Positions 48,743 to 58,791 of a stretch of DNA of 64,000 nucleotides are shown one piece after another. A program made the position numbers and the translations under genes. The notes under the pieces are model-generated. The model was not told the DNA's origin and made no database searches. It saw only the letters and a program-made list of their open reading frames with translations. This DNA comes from Clostridia bacterium (GTDB taxonomy: Bacteria; Bacillota; Clostridia; Christensenellales; CAG-138), in contig JAVVXB010000010.1 in the NCBI GenBank assembly GCA_036651815.1, forward strand, positions 16,961 to 80,960. Direction: 5' to 3'. Within the stretch, counting starts at the first letter, position 1, and every line of letters starts with the position of its first letter.

Positions 48743-48875
48743 CATTCACCCTTTCCAGACCGCAGCACAATCGGCTTGCCGCTCGGCAGCAACGAGTTTT
48801 GGCATATCAAAATCAATTTTACAATGATTAAAAATCTTGATATGCTTTACACTAATCAGCCGCATCTTCTTTTTA

Positions 48876-51060
48876 TTAGTTGCAAAAAAATGAAATAACT
48901 CGCGCAATTGGATTCTCGGAAAAAACGCTCTTGATATTTTTATTTTCCGTGAATATAATAGAATTATCAGTAGAGGACGGAATATATTTCCGCGCATCCC
49001 CAACAACCATGTTGAGTAGCTTTTCTACGGATATAGAAGATCTCGGTGCGACGTGCACGCTCTGTTGGATTTTTCCTTCATCGGTTACGTCTGCAACACC
49101 GAGATTTTCTATTGATTCCAATTCAAGTATTCTCGAATCGTAAAGTTTATTGACCCTCCCTCCTTCTTTTGATCGCTCCAAGTACGACATTATGTTTGAT
49201 GGAATCTGAACCTTGTTCCCATCGATAGACTTTATTGTTAGCTTTACAGGCATCATCCTATTTTTCTCTGAAACTGCTCCAAAGAACGTATAGGTCCCTT
49301 CCAGCCCACTTTTTGCGTTCTCATTGTTACGCAGCGGATTCCTTCCTGTAAACACGGCTTCCTCAATGATCTTGGGAAGTACTTCAATTTGCATCGTTTT
49401 GAGTATGCCAGGATTGCTCATAAGTTTCCGTATAAAATTCTGCGGAATAAAAATTGCTTCTCCTGTGTCTCTGTTGATATACGGCTTACTCAAAAAATCT
49501 GCATCACTGTATCGTTCTGAAAGTTCTTTGTTCCCATCATGTTTAGCAGGAGAAACAAGTTCAACAACTTGGATATCCGGTTTTTTTATAATCTGCTCAT
49601 ATGTTGGATTTTGTGGTGTTACATCCGCAAGAGAAAATTGCACCGCGTCCTGATTGTAACCGTCGGCGCTGTTTACAGCCATCTGTACGTCAATGTCATA
49701 TTCTTGCTCCGCATCACAGGCAAGCGCTTCCTTGATTGCCCTCGCTGCTTGATCTGCAACCGAATTCGAAACGCCGATATTTTTATAAATCGTTTCATCA
49801 CCGGTTTGCTCAGTATACATGGCAGCGCCGAACAGATCGCAGGCAAACTCCGTCTTGAGCTGTTCCAGATCCTCCTGCGGATTCTCCCCCCGCACACTGG
49901 TAATGCTCTCCTGCCGCTTTTTCACATATCCCATGAAATCATCATTCGTGATGCTGTCATCCTTCATGAGGCTGGATATCGCTTTGAGAATTTCCGGCAT
50001 GCTGTGCGCGTCCTCATGCCCCGCGTGAAACACCGTGCATAACCCGCTATCCTTAACATAATGGCGTCCGCTCCAGGTAAAGCCAAACGGAACCTTTTCG
50101 TTTTCGGAAGCATATAAAAAGACGTCACGACCGGTGACGTCCCGAAGATTATCCAATTGTTCTTGAACCTCTGGCGCGACGTTATCCGCTTCCTGAATGT
50201 CCGAAACGGATATCTTTTGGCCGTTCTTTGCATTGAAGTCCTTTACGGCTGCTTCAATATCCTGTGTCCCGCTCTTGGACGCGCTTAAACGCCTCTCTGG
50301 TCTTTGTACGCCTGTATGAGCTGTTGCCGCTTTTCCATATCCTCCGGCGTTTCCTCTTCCTGCAAAGCCCTGAGTTGCTCGATGTGCTGTTGCCGCTTTT
50401 CCAGGCTCTCCGTCGTTCCCTCGCCAAACAAGGCCTTTAGCTCCTCGATCAGCCGCCGCTTCTCGCCCCGTTTCTTGATTGTCTGTTTCAATTGTTCGTA
50501 TATCTTCTTGCGTTCCGGGTCCGTTATCGGACTCGGTTCCCACGGATTGTCCCGAAAAGACTCCGCGAACGCGCTGGGCACCCAAATATGATTCTTTTCC
50601 TCCATCGGTATTTCCTCCATTTGCCAAATTATCGGTTGCGCCGCTGTTGATTGGTTCTATCGTAACATCCGAAACAGCCGGTGTAAAGCGCTTATTTCCG
50701 TTATCGGCCGGTATCCCCATGGCATGCATTATGTCCATGTCCGTCCCCAATTTCCCCTGCGCTGTCTCCGTGGCTAGCTTCGCGCCGTTCGTAATCTCCT
50801 GTGCAAGCTGCTGCTGGTATTTTACCTCCTGCGGTATCATGCCCTGCAACACCTTGGCTTTTTCCAGAACGCTATCTTGCAGAGGAACAAGCTTTTGCTC
50901 ATACTCCACCTTGTTTGCGTTGCTTTCCGCCTTTACTACATCATATGCAGAAGAGTATTCCTGCATGGCGTTTGTCAGCTTCTCTAGCGCTACTTTATGC
51001 CCTTGCAGCTTTCGCGCTTTATCCAGCCATGCAGATCCTGCGTAATCGGATTTTCGGTAT
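48876..51060 (-). pseudogene. Fragment of a large conjugative-element/phage polyvalent-type protein with an HExxH metallopeptidase-like motif
   Basis: 787-aa ORF 48876..51239. The first about 60 codons are antisense to the tRNA and are not credible. There is no convincing start or RBS. FHAGHEDAHSM (HExxH) lies at 50004..50018. The C-terminal 250 aa is well-behaved globular sequence. Confidence 0.45.
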
Positions 51061-51118
51061 AAACTATAAAATCCACTTGCATTTTCCGCATTGGTATTGT
51101 ATAGTATTGATGCGATCT

Positions 51119-51194
51119 GGGGCATTAGCACAGTTGGTAGCGCGCAACGTTCGCAATGTTGAGGTCGGGGGTTCGAATCCCCCATGCTCCACCA
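51119..51194 (+). tRNA. tRNA-Ala (anticodon CGC)
   Basis: Hand-folded cloverleaf. Acceptor GGGGCAT/ATGCTCC with the G3:U70 Ala identity pair. Anticodon stem CAACG/TGTTG with loop TTCGCAA. T-arm GGGGG-TTCGAAT-CCCCC. Encoded CCA. Confidence 0.9.
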
Positions 51195-51198
51195 AAAT

Positions 51199-51231
51199 TC
51201 CGAAAACCTTAATTGGTTTTCGGATTTTTTT
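51199..51231 (+). terminator. Intrinsic terminator after tRNA-Ala
   Basis: TCCGAAAACC-TTAATT-GGTTTTCGGA followed by TTTTTTT. Confidence 0.75.
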
Positions 51232-51445
51232 ATATTCACAAGGTTCTTCCACCGCGGGGCACGCGGCGGAAGCTAGCGCCAGCGGGCGCTTCGTAACCGT
51301 CTAAGGTTTGGCGGTTTTTTCATGTCCGCGAAACCCTGTTTTTTGCCCTGTGATGGCCGCAGCCTAGTCCAGCGAGCCGTCTCCCGGCGAGTCGGACCAG
51401 TGCGTCGGTGTTGTTCATAAAACTGCCAGTGCATCGCCTGTTTCC

Positions 51446-52225
51446 TCATGTTGCCGATAGGTCTTTGGCTTTGCCGTCCACCCCGATAAATTGCTCATAA
51501 GAGATATTGAATTGAATGTCCATCTTGTAGTCGCTATGCACGGTAACCCGGCGAATCAATTCGGATGCGATCATCTTCTTGACGGGAAGTTCCGCGCTGT
51601 CGTACAGGACGCTCCAGCTTTGGAGTTGTCCAAGTTGTTTTGTCATCTGCACGGTCAGCGCGTCCACGTCCCCTGCGCTCTCATAAGCCGCCTTGTATCG
51701 TTCCGTGGCATCCGCTACCCGTTTCTCTGCGGCGCGAAGCATCTCGGTCAATACGCTTTGGGGCAACGCGCTCTCTCCACGAATGACGCGCAGCATTTCT
51801 TCCTTTAGCTCGTTCATCTCCGCAGTCGCGGCGTCCAGTTCCTGCTTGGCGCTTTTTTGCACCGCTTCACATTCCGCGATCTTTGCGGCGCATTGCATTT
51901 TTACCAACGGCTCGGCGGGGATGCCTTGAAGCCTTGCAAAAATGTCATGCAAGAGTTTGTCGATCACATCGTCGATCTTCTTACCGGCGATTGGGAGATT
52001 TTCAGAGATATCTTCCACTTCACCAAAATTGCGTGCATGTTCTTTAACCCGTTGACTCGCTGATTTATATCCATCTGTTTCGCGCAAATATGCCCTTGCA
52101 TTAGCGAGAGCGTCTTTCTCGTTATCGCCGAGATCAACGAAGTCTTTGGCGGTTTCACGAACCGCAATATTCCACTGCTGTAGCTTTTGTACGTCCGCCC
52201 CATTAAGATAATTTCGCCCTATCAC
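51446..52225 (-). pseudogene. Chimeric ORF whose C-terminal half is the coiled-coil/tail of a large serine recombinase (the catalytic domain is absent)
   Basis: ...ELDAATAEMNELKEEMLRVIRGE...VKKMIASELIRRVTVHSDYKMDIQFNISYEQF is the typical end of large serine recombinases of clostridial elements. No resolvase N-terminal domain or zinc-ribbon recombinase domain precedes it. Confidence 0.5.
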
Positions 52226-52323
52226 TCCATTCGGAACATCTTTGCCTATGTTGAATAACTAATAAGTGTCACAATATTATCAAGAGAGATATGGACAATA
52301 TAAAATCAAAAAGAGGTGAGCGT

Positions 52324-52745
52324 ATGAAGATATTTCTGATGTGCTGCCCAAAATGTGGGAACATCAAAGCTGGACAAGATGGATGCATATCACTATGCGA
52401 ATTATGCGGAACACAACAAGCCGTTGCTTACGAAATTGGGGACAAACAAGACATGTTCAGATTTCGGATAGAGAATAAAGCGCCTGATATTTATCCAATG
52501 ATCCGCGAACAATACTGCAAAACAGCAGCCAATTCGATCAAGAATCTTGGGATAGAAGAATAGAGCGCAATAAAGAACCGTTGCCAGAACCAGAAAAGCC
52601 GCAGGTTCATTGCATCGCCTGTGGCAGTGCGAATGTGGACAAAATATCTGGCTTGGAACGCGCAGGAAGCGTAGCTATGTGGGGGTTATTCTCAAAGAAA
52701 ACTAATAAGTCTTTTAAGTGCAAAGACTGTGGCATGACATTCTAG
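52324..52745 (+). pseudogene. Double zinc-ribbon small protein gene split by a frameshift
   Basis: Part 1 (to 52563): MKIFLMCCPKCGN...CELCG. A second frame without a start codon continues QFDQESWDRRIERNKEPLPEPEKPQVHCIACGSANVDKISG...FKCKDCGMTF-stop at 52745. Confidence 0.4.
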
Positions 52746-52895
52746 GGAAACTCTATTGACAACGTATCAATGACGGATTCCAATATCATCCCAGACCGCA
52801 ACCGCTCCTCGATGTATTCTTTTGTTTCTTCTGAGAGGCTAACGCTTATTAAGGCCAACGAGTATCACCATCTATCAAACATAATGGAGGTATTT

Positions 52896-53114
52896 ATGGA
52901 CATAAAAGCTACGATTAAAGTATCATGCCCAAAGTGCAAAACAGAATACGACCACAACTACACGGCAGACGATTTCAAGAGCACAAAGCCAGTAACTTTC
53001 ACATGCCGAAAATGTGGCTACACTGAGACGAAAAGCGGAAAGGCGTACATGCAAGATTTTAAAGACGTTATAGCTAAACAGTGGGAGAAAGAGATATTGA
53101 AAAAGCTGAAGTAG
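52896..53114 (+). CDS. Small zinc-ribbon protein
   Basis: GGAGG RBS. MDIKATIKVSCPKCKTEYDHNY...FTCRKCGYTETKSG. 72 aa. Confidence 0.45.
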   Translation: MDIKATIKVSCPKCKTEYDHNYTADDFKSTKPVTFTCRKCGYTETKSGKAYMQDFKDVIAKQWEKEILKKLK

Positions 53115-53390
53115 TAGCTCCCAGTTTGATCAAGCTGCATGGGATCGCAGAGTCACATTTGGCGACGGGAATATACAGAGCAAGAAGGATGAGCAGGCCA
53201 ACGTACCACGTTTCCCAACATGTGGCAGCACAGATGTCAAGCCCCCAAAAACCTGTCCAGACTGAATGTTAGTAAAACAACAATCCTTAAACCGCTTGTT
53301 ACCTGCTTATCCGCTCGGCATTGCGGGGTCAAGGGCGGCGCAGCCGCTTGTGAAACCCTTGACGCCGTAAGGCAGTGTGGATATCCTGCA

Positions 53391-54084
53391 TCAAGCGGTT
53401 AGAGGAATGATCGTCTGAGGGGCGGGTGGTCTACCACCACCCAAGCTACCGTGTGGCCGGACTTGGTTGTAATAGCGTACCCAACGCTTTGTCAGAACTT
53501 GTACTTCATACATGTTTGTAAAAAGCGCTCCATTTAGAAATTCATCCCTCATTCGAGAATTGAAGCTTTCAATATATCCGTTTTCCCATGGGCTGCCAGG
53601 TTCTATGTAAGCTGCCGTAATGCCCAGATCTCCAAGCCATTTGCGGATCGTATTTGCTGTAAACTCGCTGCCGTTGTCACTGCGAAGGTAAATCGGCACT
53701 CCTTTCTGCAGCATGAAATCGGATAAACTCTCGATGACATCGTGGTTGCGCCAGTTTCTCTTTGGCACACGCGCCAGGCATTCACGGATACTTTCAGCCA
53801 GTATATTCAGAAGACGGATCTTTCGTTCGTCCATGGTGCGATCCACTACGAAATCACAGCTCCATAAGTGGTTATTATGCTCCGCCCGCAGCCAGACACA
53901 GCTTCCACCCGTCAGTCAAAGGCAACGTTTCTTCTGCCGCTTTTGCGGCAGCTTGAGACCTTCTTTACGCCAAATCCGCTCTACGCGCTAGTGTTTTACT
54001 ATATAACCCTTATTACGAAGCGATGCCGTTACCTTCCGATAGCCGACGTTCCTTCTCTTGCGGGCTTCCGTTCTTTCTTGCCAT
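53391..54084 (-). pseudogene. IS transposase remnant (rve/DDE integrase core, IS3-like) with in-frame stops and no HTH part
   Basis: Intact 151-aa tail: SDNGSEFTA...PGSPWENGYIESFNSRMRDEFLN...YNQVRPHGSLGGGRPPAP. The same frame upstream reads NVGYRKVTASLRNKGYIVKH-stop-RVERIWRKEGLKLPQKRQKKRCL-stop-LTGGSCVWLRAEHNNHLWSCDFVVDRT. Confidence 0.7.
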
Positions 54085-54164
54085 ATGGGTTCCCTCCATG
54101 ATGGGGCTTCCATTCCATGCCATATTACAGGGTAACACATCATTTCGGATAGTCTCGATGATTC

Positions 54165-55613
54165 TTAGTCCGCTCGCTTCATCTGTTTTTTACTTTGATA
54201 CATTTTATTATCGGCGGCTTTGAAAAGTTGATTTATCGTGTCTTTTCGCCCTGCTTCCAAAAACGCATATCCAAATGCAGCGCTCATGGAAATGCCGCCG
54301 TCTTTTTTCTGAAGCTCAATGGCTTGTAACAAGTCATCCCAGCATTTCAAAACAGTTTCTTCTGTCAAATTTATAAAGATAAGCGCGAATTCATCACCAC
54401 CAATGCGGAATACGGGGCAGTGCGGAAACGCATGACATAACATTGCGGAAAAGCTCTTGAGGTACGCGTCTCCTGCTTGATGACCATATCGGTCGTTGGT
54501 TGCCTTTAATTGGTTTAAATCACAGATGCCAATGCCGAAGTTTTGATAACTACCCAGCTTTTGCGCACAGACGAAGATTGCGCGCTCATAACTAGTACGG
54601 TTTCTAATTCCTGTCAATTGATCTGTTTCCGCAAAACAAATGAGCTGATTGTCATATTTTTTAATGATTTTAGTTGTAATTATGATGACTACAACCACCA
54701 CGAGAAACAGGAAAACCAAGTCTAAAGCAAGCTGTGCAAAGAGTTTGGCGGCAAAATCTTCAACATTTTTTTCAACGACAAGATACCAGTTCAGATTAGG
54801 AACATACCTTGTAATGATATATCCATCGGCAGTGCTGCTGTGATACCATCGTTGATTCGGGTGAGCAGTATTATCACCGATCGCGCCTGACATATCATGA
54901 AAAATTGGATTATTAAAGAGATTGACCTGTTCAAATTCGGTCAGCGTTGAAGAAAGCTGGATGTTTCCCTTGACATCAATTAAATAGGCATGGATTCCGT
55001 AGTTTGTTTCATTTTCTGATAAAAACTGTTGAATATAGGGAGTCTCCATTCCTACCCCGACAATGCCGATAATATTATTGTTTTCGTCGTAAAGCTTACA
55101 GTTGACAAATATAGTGATGACATCGTTTTTCGTCTCATCGTTATCTACATTCAAAGAGCAATCCGACGAATCTGCAAGAAAATCAAAATACCATTGATTC
55201 TCCGGGTTGTTCGGGGTCATCACTCGATCGATTCCGTTTTTATAATGGTAATAATTACCCGTTTTTACAGAGACAAGAAAGACAGAATCAAATTGATATT
55301 TTTGCTGATAAGAAGCCAGATATTTCGTCATTGTGCATAGCGAATTTTCAGATAATCCACCGATTGCTTCTTTATTCATAAAATCGCGCAAGAAAGTGTC
55401 ATGTGCCATTGTAATCGACACATTGATCGGGCGATCCATGAGATTGTTGATGTTAACAAATATATTTTCCGAGGTTAATTCCGACACCGCTTCAACATCC
55501 TTGCGAAACAGCGACTGAAACGAGAGAATCGAAGAAATAACCGACAGAACAAATCCAACGACAATAATCGAAGAAATGGTTAGGGTCACGGTAAAACGGT
55601 TTTTATTCACCAC
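54165..55613 (-). CDS. Diguanylate cyclase with a periplasmic Cache-like sensor domain
   Basis: 482 aa: TM, an extracytoplasmic domain of about 260 aa, TM, then GGDEF (RIGGDEFALIF; ATNDRYGHQAGD). Confidence 0.85.
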   Translation of the reverse strand: MVNKNRFTVTLTISSIIVVGFVLSVISSILSFQSLFRKDVEAVSELTSENIFVNINNLMDRPINVSITMAHDTFLRDFMNKEAIGGLSENSLCTMTKYLASYQQKYQFDSVFLVSVKTGNYYHYKNGIDRVMTPNNPENQWYFDFLADSSDCSLNVDNDETKNDVITIFVNCKLYDENNNIIGIVGVGMETPYIQQFLSENETNYGIHAYLIDVKGNIQLSSTLTEFEQVNLFNNPIFHDMSGAIGDNTAHPNQRWYHSSTADGYIITRYVPNLNWYLVVEKNVEDFAAKLFAQLALDLVFLFLVVVVVIIITTKIIKKYDNQLICFAETDQLTGIRNRTSYERAIFVCAQKLGSYQNFGIGICDLNQLKATNDRYGHQAGDAYLKSFSAMLCHAFPHCPVFRIGGDEFALIFINLTEETVLKCWDDLLQAIELQKKDGGISMSAAFGYAFLEAGRKDTINQLFKAADNKMYQSKKQMKRAD

Positions 55614-57036
55614 GCATAATCCTCGCTATTCTGGAGTGCAGTCTTTGGCAAGCATATTCCATTTTTCGGATTTGCGTGTCAACTGAATTTATGATCTATT
55701 TTTCTATTGTATCATGACATGATACTAGATATAAAGAAAAATCTGTTGGAATAGTAGGATATATTTATGCATAAACGTGCCCGTTAAATACAAAGTGCGT
55801 GAGTGCATTCAAGTCCAGTACGCAACTCCATTTTTTCAAGAGGAGCAAACCGTTTAGCCTCGCCGAAAAGTCGGATTTTCCGAGAAAAGCAAGTATGCAT
55901 TTGCGGATGATAGCAAGGCTCGCCGACACTGTTTCAGCCTTCCTCCTCCGTCGCCTATTGGTCCGAAATGCAACGTCCAGTACCTACTATAAGCCATTGC
56001 TACTTTCCAAGTGTCCACGAGCGGCGTTTCTCACTTGCTGTATATCCTGTAAGTTGAATAGAAACAGCCGTGTTTCTGACGCTGGCGGCGTGTCATCGAC
56101 GGTTTGAATGATTTATCCATGATGGGTCAGCTTAACCCCTTTCCTTTCTTGCGACCCTTGGCCCTATCAATTCATGGGACAAAAATCCCGTTTTCCAAAA
56201 AGTCTGTGACTTTTTGGATTGTTGTCGTGTACATGCTGATTGTATACAGCATGTACGAGGTTGACACGCAATATGCCGAATACTCTGGCATTATTCGCTA
56301 CACGACGCCTTGACTTTTATTGCGTCAAATTAGGAATGCGGCAGGATTCTTTTTAATGATTTGCTTTTGGATCGCCTTATGGTATCCGGTTGCGCCGATT
56401 ATTGCAGCCATATCCTCATGGATCGCACATGTACAAAAGTTCACGATTTATCGTGACCCCATTGCCCGTTTTCCCAACGCGTATTTGACCACGTACAGGG
56501 GCATTCCACGTTTCCATGCACAGGCCCAATGCAGAATGTTTTTGCGGCATCCTTTATCTGCGCGGACATCCCAGAGCTGTCCATAATTGCAACGATAAAC
56601 CGCTTGCCCTCTGTATATGCCTCATGATGCGACAAAACAGCCATAAAAACTACGTGGGGATACCATTCGAAAAATGCGTAAAACCGTCAATCGGTTTAGC
56701 TTTCCATTTGAAAACACCGGAATCTGCTGAGGCTAGCTCTCCTGAAACTTTGCAATTGCTTGAATCTTGCAACTCGTTTACACCCCGCGCATCACGACAA
56801 CAACGCAAACGATCAGTCCGTCCACCCGCTCATGCTTGATCTTCCAGAATATCTTAAATCGTCTGGCCGCTTCAACGTCGTTATCATATTGCACATCTTC
56901 TCGCCTTGCGGTATCTTTCGCATTCGTTCTTTATCTTGTTAAAATTCATCCTATGGACTGCTTTTTTGCGAACAATCCCCCGGATTCATTGTTAATTTTA
57001 ACAGGAATCGCCCCCCAAGCATTCGCCCATAAATTT

Positions 57037-58791
57037 TTAGCTTTTTTCATGCAATTCCATTAGCTGCGATCTATGGATTGTGAACCGGAAAACAGCAAAT
57101 CCGCCTTCATTGGTCGCTTCGATGGTTTCTTCAAGCAGCGTCAACACCTCCCGTACGATGGCTAGCCCAAGGCCAGTGCCACCGTCGCTGTGAGATGCGT
57201 CCGCCTTATAGAAACGTTCAAACAGATGTGCAAGATCATTTTCACCAATTCGGCCCGTATTGCAGACGCTGACATGCACCAGGTTTCCTCGGTCTACAGT
57301 TAATAATCGAATGGCTCCATCGTCTTCTGCAAACTTAATGGCGTTATCCACGAGTGCAATCAACACTTGTTCAATTCTATCGCGGTTGGAGTACACCATC
57401 AGCGCACCTGCCCCTTGCACATCCCGCTCTACCGAAATTCCGCTGTCTGAGGCAACTAATCGCATGCGCTCCGTCACCTCGTTAATCAATGCAATCAAAT
57501 CAAACGGTTGTTTTTCCAATGCCACTGCACCGGATTGCAGTCTGGATAGTTCCAGCAGATCATTGATCAGTCGAGCTAGCCGCATGGATTCACGTAATAT
57601 ATAGCCATAGTAACGAGAGCGATCCTCCTCAGACTTTACCAATCCATCGTTGAGCGTTTCCGCAAGGCTACGGATGGATGCAATCGGCGTACGCAATTCA
57701 TGGCTGACGTTCGCCACATAGTCTTTTCGTGTCTGCTCCAGCCGCTCGACAGCCGTCACATCCTGAACGACAATTACAGCACCCGGCGCAGCTTCGCTCG
57801 ATTCCTGCGAACAGGAAATGACCAACAACAGTTTTTTGTCCGATTCCTCTAAAGAGAGCGTGCGCCGTTTCCGATCCACCGTAACCGCAGTGAGCACTGA
57901 TGTTGCCTGGTTCAGCTTTTCACGTAGCACATGGGCATCTTTACAGTCAAACAGCATCAGAGCGGCTGGATTCCAGTACACAATCTCCTTTACGGCATCG
58001 AGTGCAATCACGCCCTCATGCATCCCATCCAAAATTACGTGCAGACGATTGCGTGCCAGCACCAAATCGCGAATGTTCGTATCTAGCTGTGCGGATAGAT
58101 GGTTCAGCGCCTGCCCCAACTGTCCAATTTCATCGTTTCTATCCTCATCTGCACGTACCGAAAAATCACCGTTCGCCATCGCGATGGAAGCTTGCGTCAT
58201 CCTCCTGATCGGCATAGACATGCGTTTTGACGCGAGGTAGGCAGGCAAAATCATTAGCGTTGAACCGCCAAACCCTGCAAACAGCAGCGCCATAAAGAGT
58301 CCACGCATGGATTCGAACACTTCGTTGGTCGGTTTTGTCATCAAGATGACGCCAATTACGCGCTGAATATTATCCGTAATCGGTACCCCGACCGCAATCC
58401 CCAACGTTGAACGCCATTTTGTGGATATTTCCATATACCCATTCTTCAAGATGGTTTGCACGATCTCTTGCGCGTGCACTTGATTTGCTTGCTTTTTTTC
58501 TTCCGTTGAATATGCAATTAGGTGGCCGTCTGCATCATAAATATAGACCCGACAGCCCTCCTGTTCCTTCAGCGTAAAGTCTACAAAAGAATCAAAAGAA
58601 ATCTGTCCCGTCTGATATTTTGAAGCCAGACGCGCCATGCCAACCGCGCGCGGAACCATCTCGTCCGCAAGACGCCGTGCATAAACCTCCGCGCCCGAAA
58701 AGCTATAGATGATCACCGAAAGGACTGCAGTCAGCAAGCAGGCACAGATTAAGTATAGGAGCATTTTTTTGAATATGGAGCCTTTTTTCAT
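57037..58791 (-). CDS. Sensor histidine kinase (TM-sensor-TM-HAMP-PAS-HisKA-HATPase)
   Basis: 584 aa. H-box VANVSHELRTPIASI. N/G boxes DNAIKF and GGTGLGLAIV. Confidence 0.9.
   Translation of the reverse strand: MKKGSIFKKMLLYLICACLLTAVLSVIIYSFSGAEVYARRLADEMVPRAVGMARLASKYQTGQISFDSFVDFTLKEQEGCRVYIYDADGHLIAYSTEEKKQANQVHAQEIVQTILKNGYMEISTKWRSTLGIAVGVPITDNIQRVIGVILMTKPTNEVFESMRGLFMALLFAGFGGSTLMILPAYLASKRMSMPIRRMTQASIAMANGDFSVRADEDRNDEIGQLGQALNHLSAQLDTNIRDLVLARNRLHVILDGMHEGVIALDAVKEIVYWNPAALMLFDCKDAHVLREKLNQATSVLTAVTVDRKRRTLSLEESDKKLLLVISCSQESSEAAPGAVIVVQDVTAVERLEQTRKDYVANVSHELRTPIASIRSLAETLNDGLVKSEEDRSRYYGYILRESMRLARLINDLLELSRLQSGAVALEKQPFDLIALINEVTERMRLVASDSGISVERDVQGAGALMVYSNRDRIEQVLIALVDNAIKFAEDDGAIRLLTVDRGNLVHVSVCNTGRIGENDLAHLFERFYKADASHSDGGTGLGLAIVREVLTLLEETIEATNEGGFAVFRFTIHRSQLMELHEKS

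Larger units (their letters stand above)
48746..54164. mobile_element. Degraded mobile-element region around tRNA-Ala (fragments only, no intact mobility gene)
   Basis: Contains a 5'-truncated polyvalent-type protein gene, a serine-recombinase C-terminal tail, zinc-ribbon mini-ORFs, and an rve transposase with internal stops. Sits between the housekeeping rqcH and a GGDEF gene. Confidence 0.5.

Noticed and set aside
51061-51239. The N-terminal 60 codons of the 787-aa ORF run antisense straight through tRNA-Ala.
   Set aside because: The tRNA fold is near-perfect, including G3:U70 and its own terminator. The ORF segment (…WWSMGDSNPRPQHCERCALP…) is just the reverse complement of the tRNA, open by chance. 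The real coding signal starts below about 51060.
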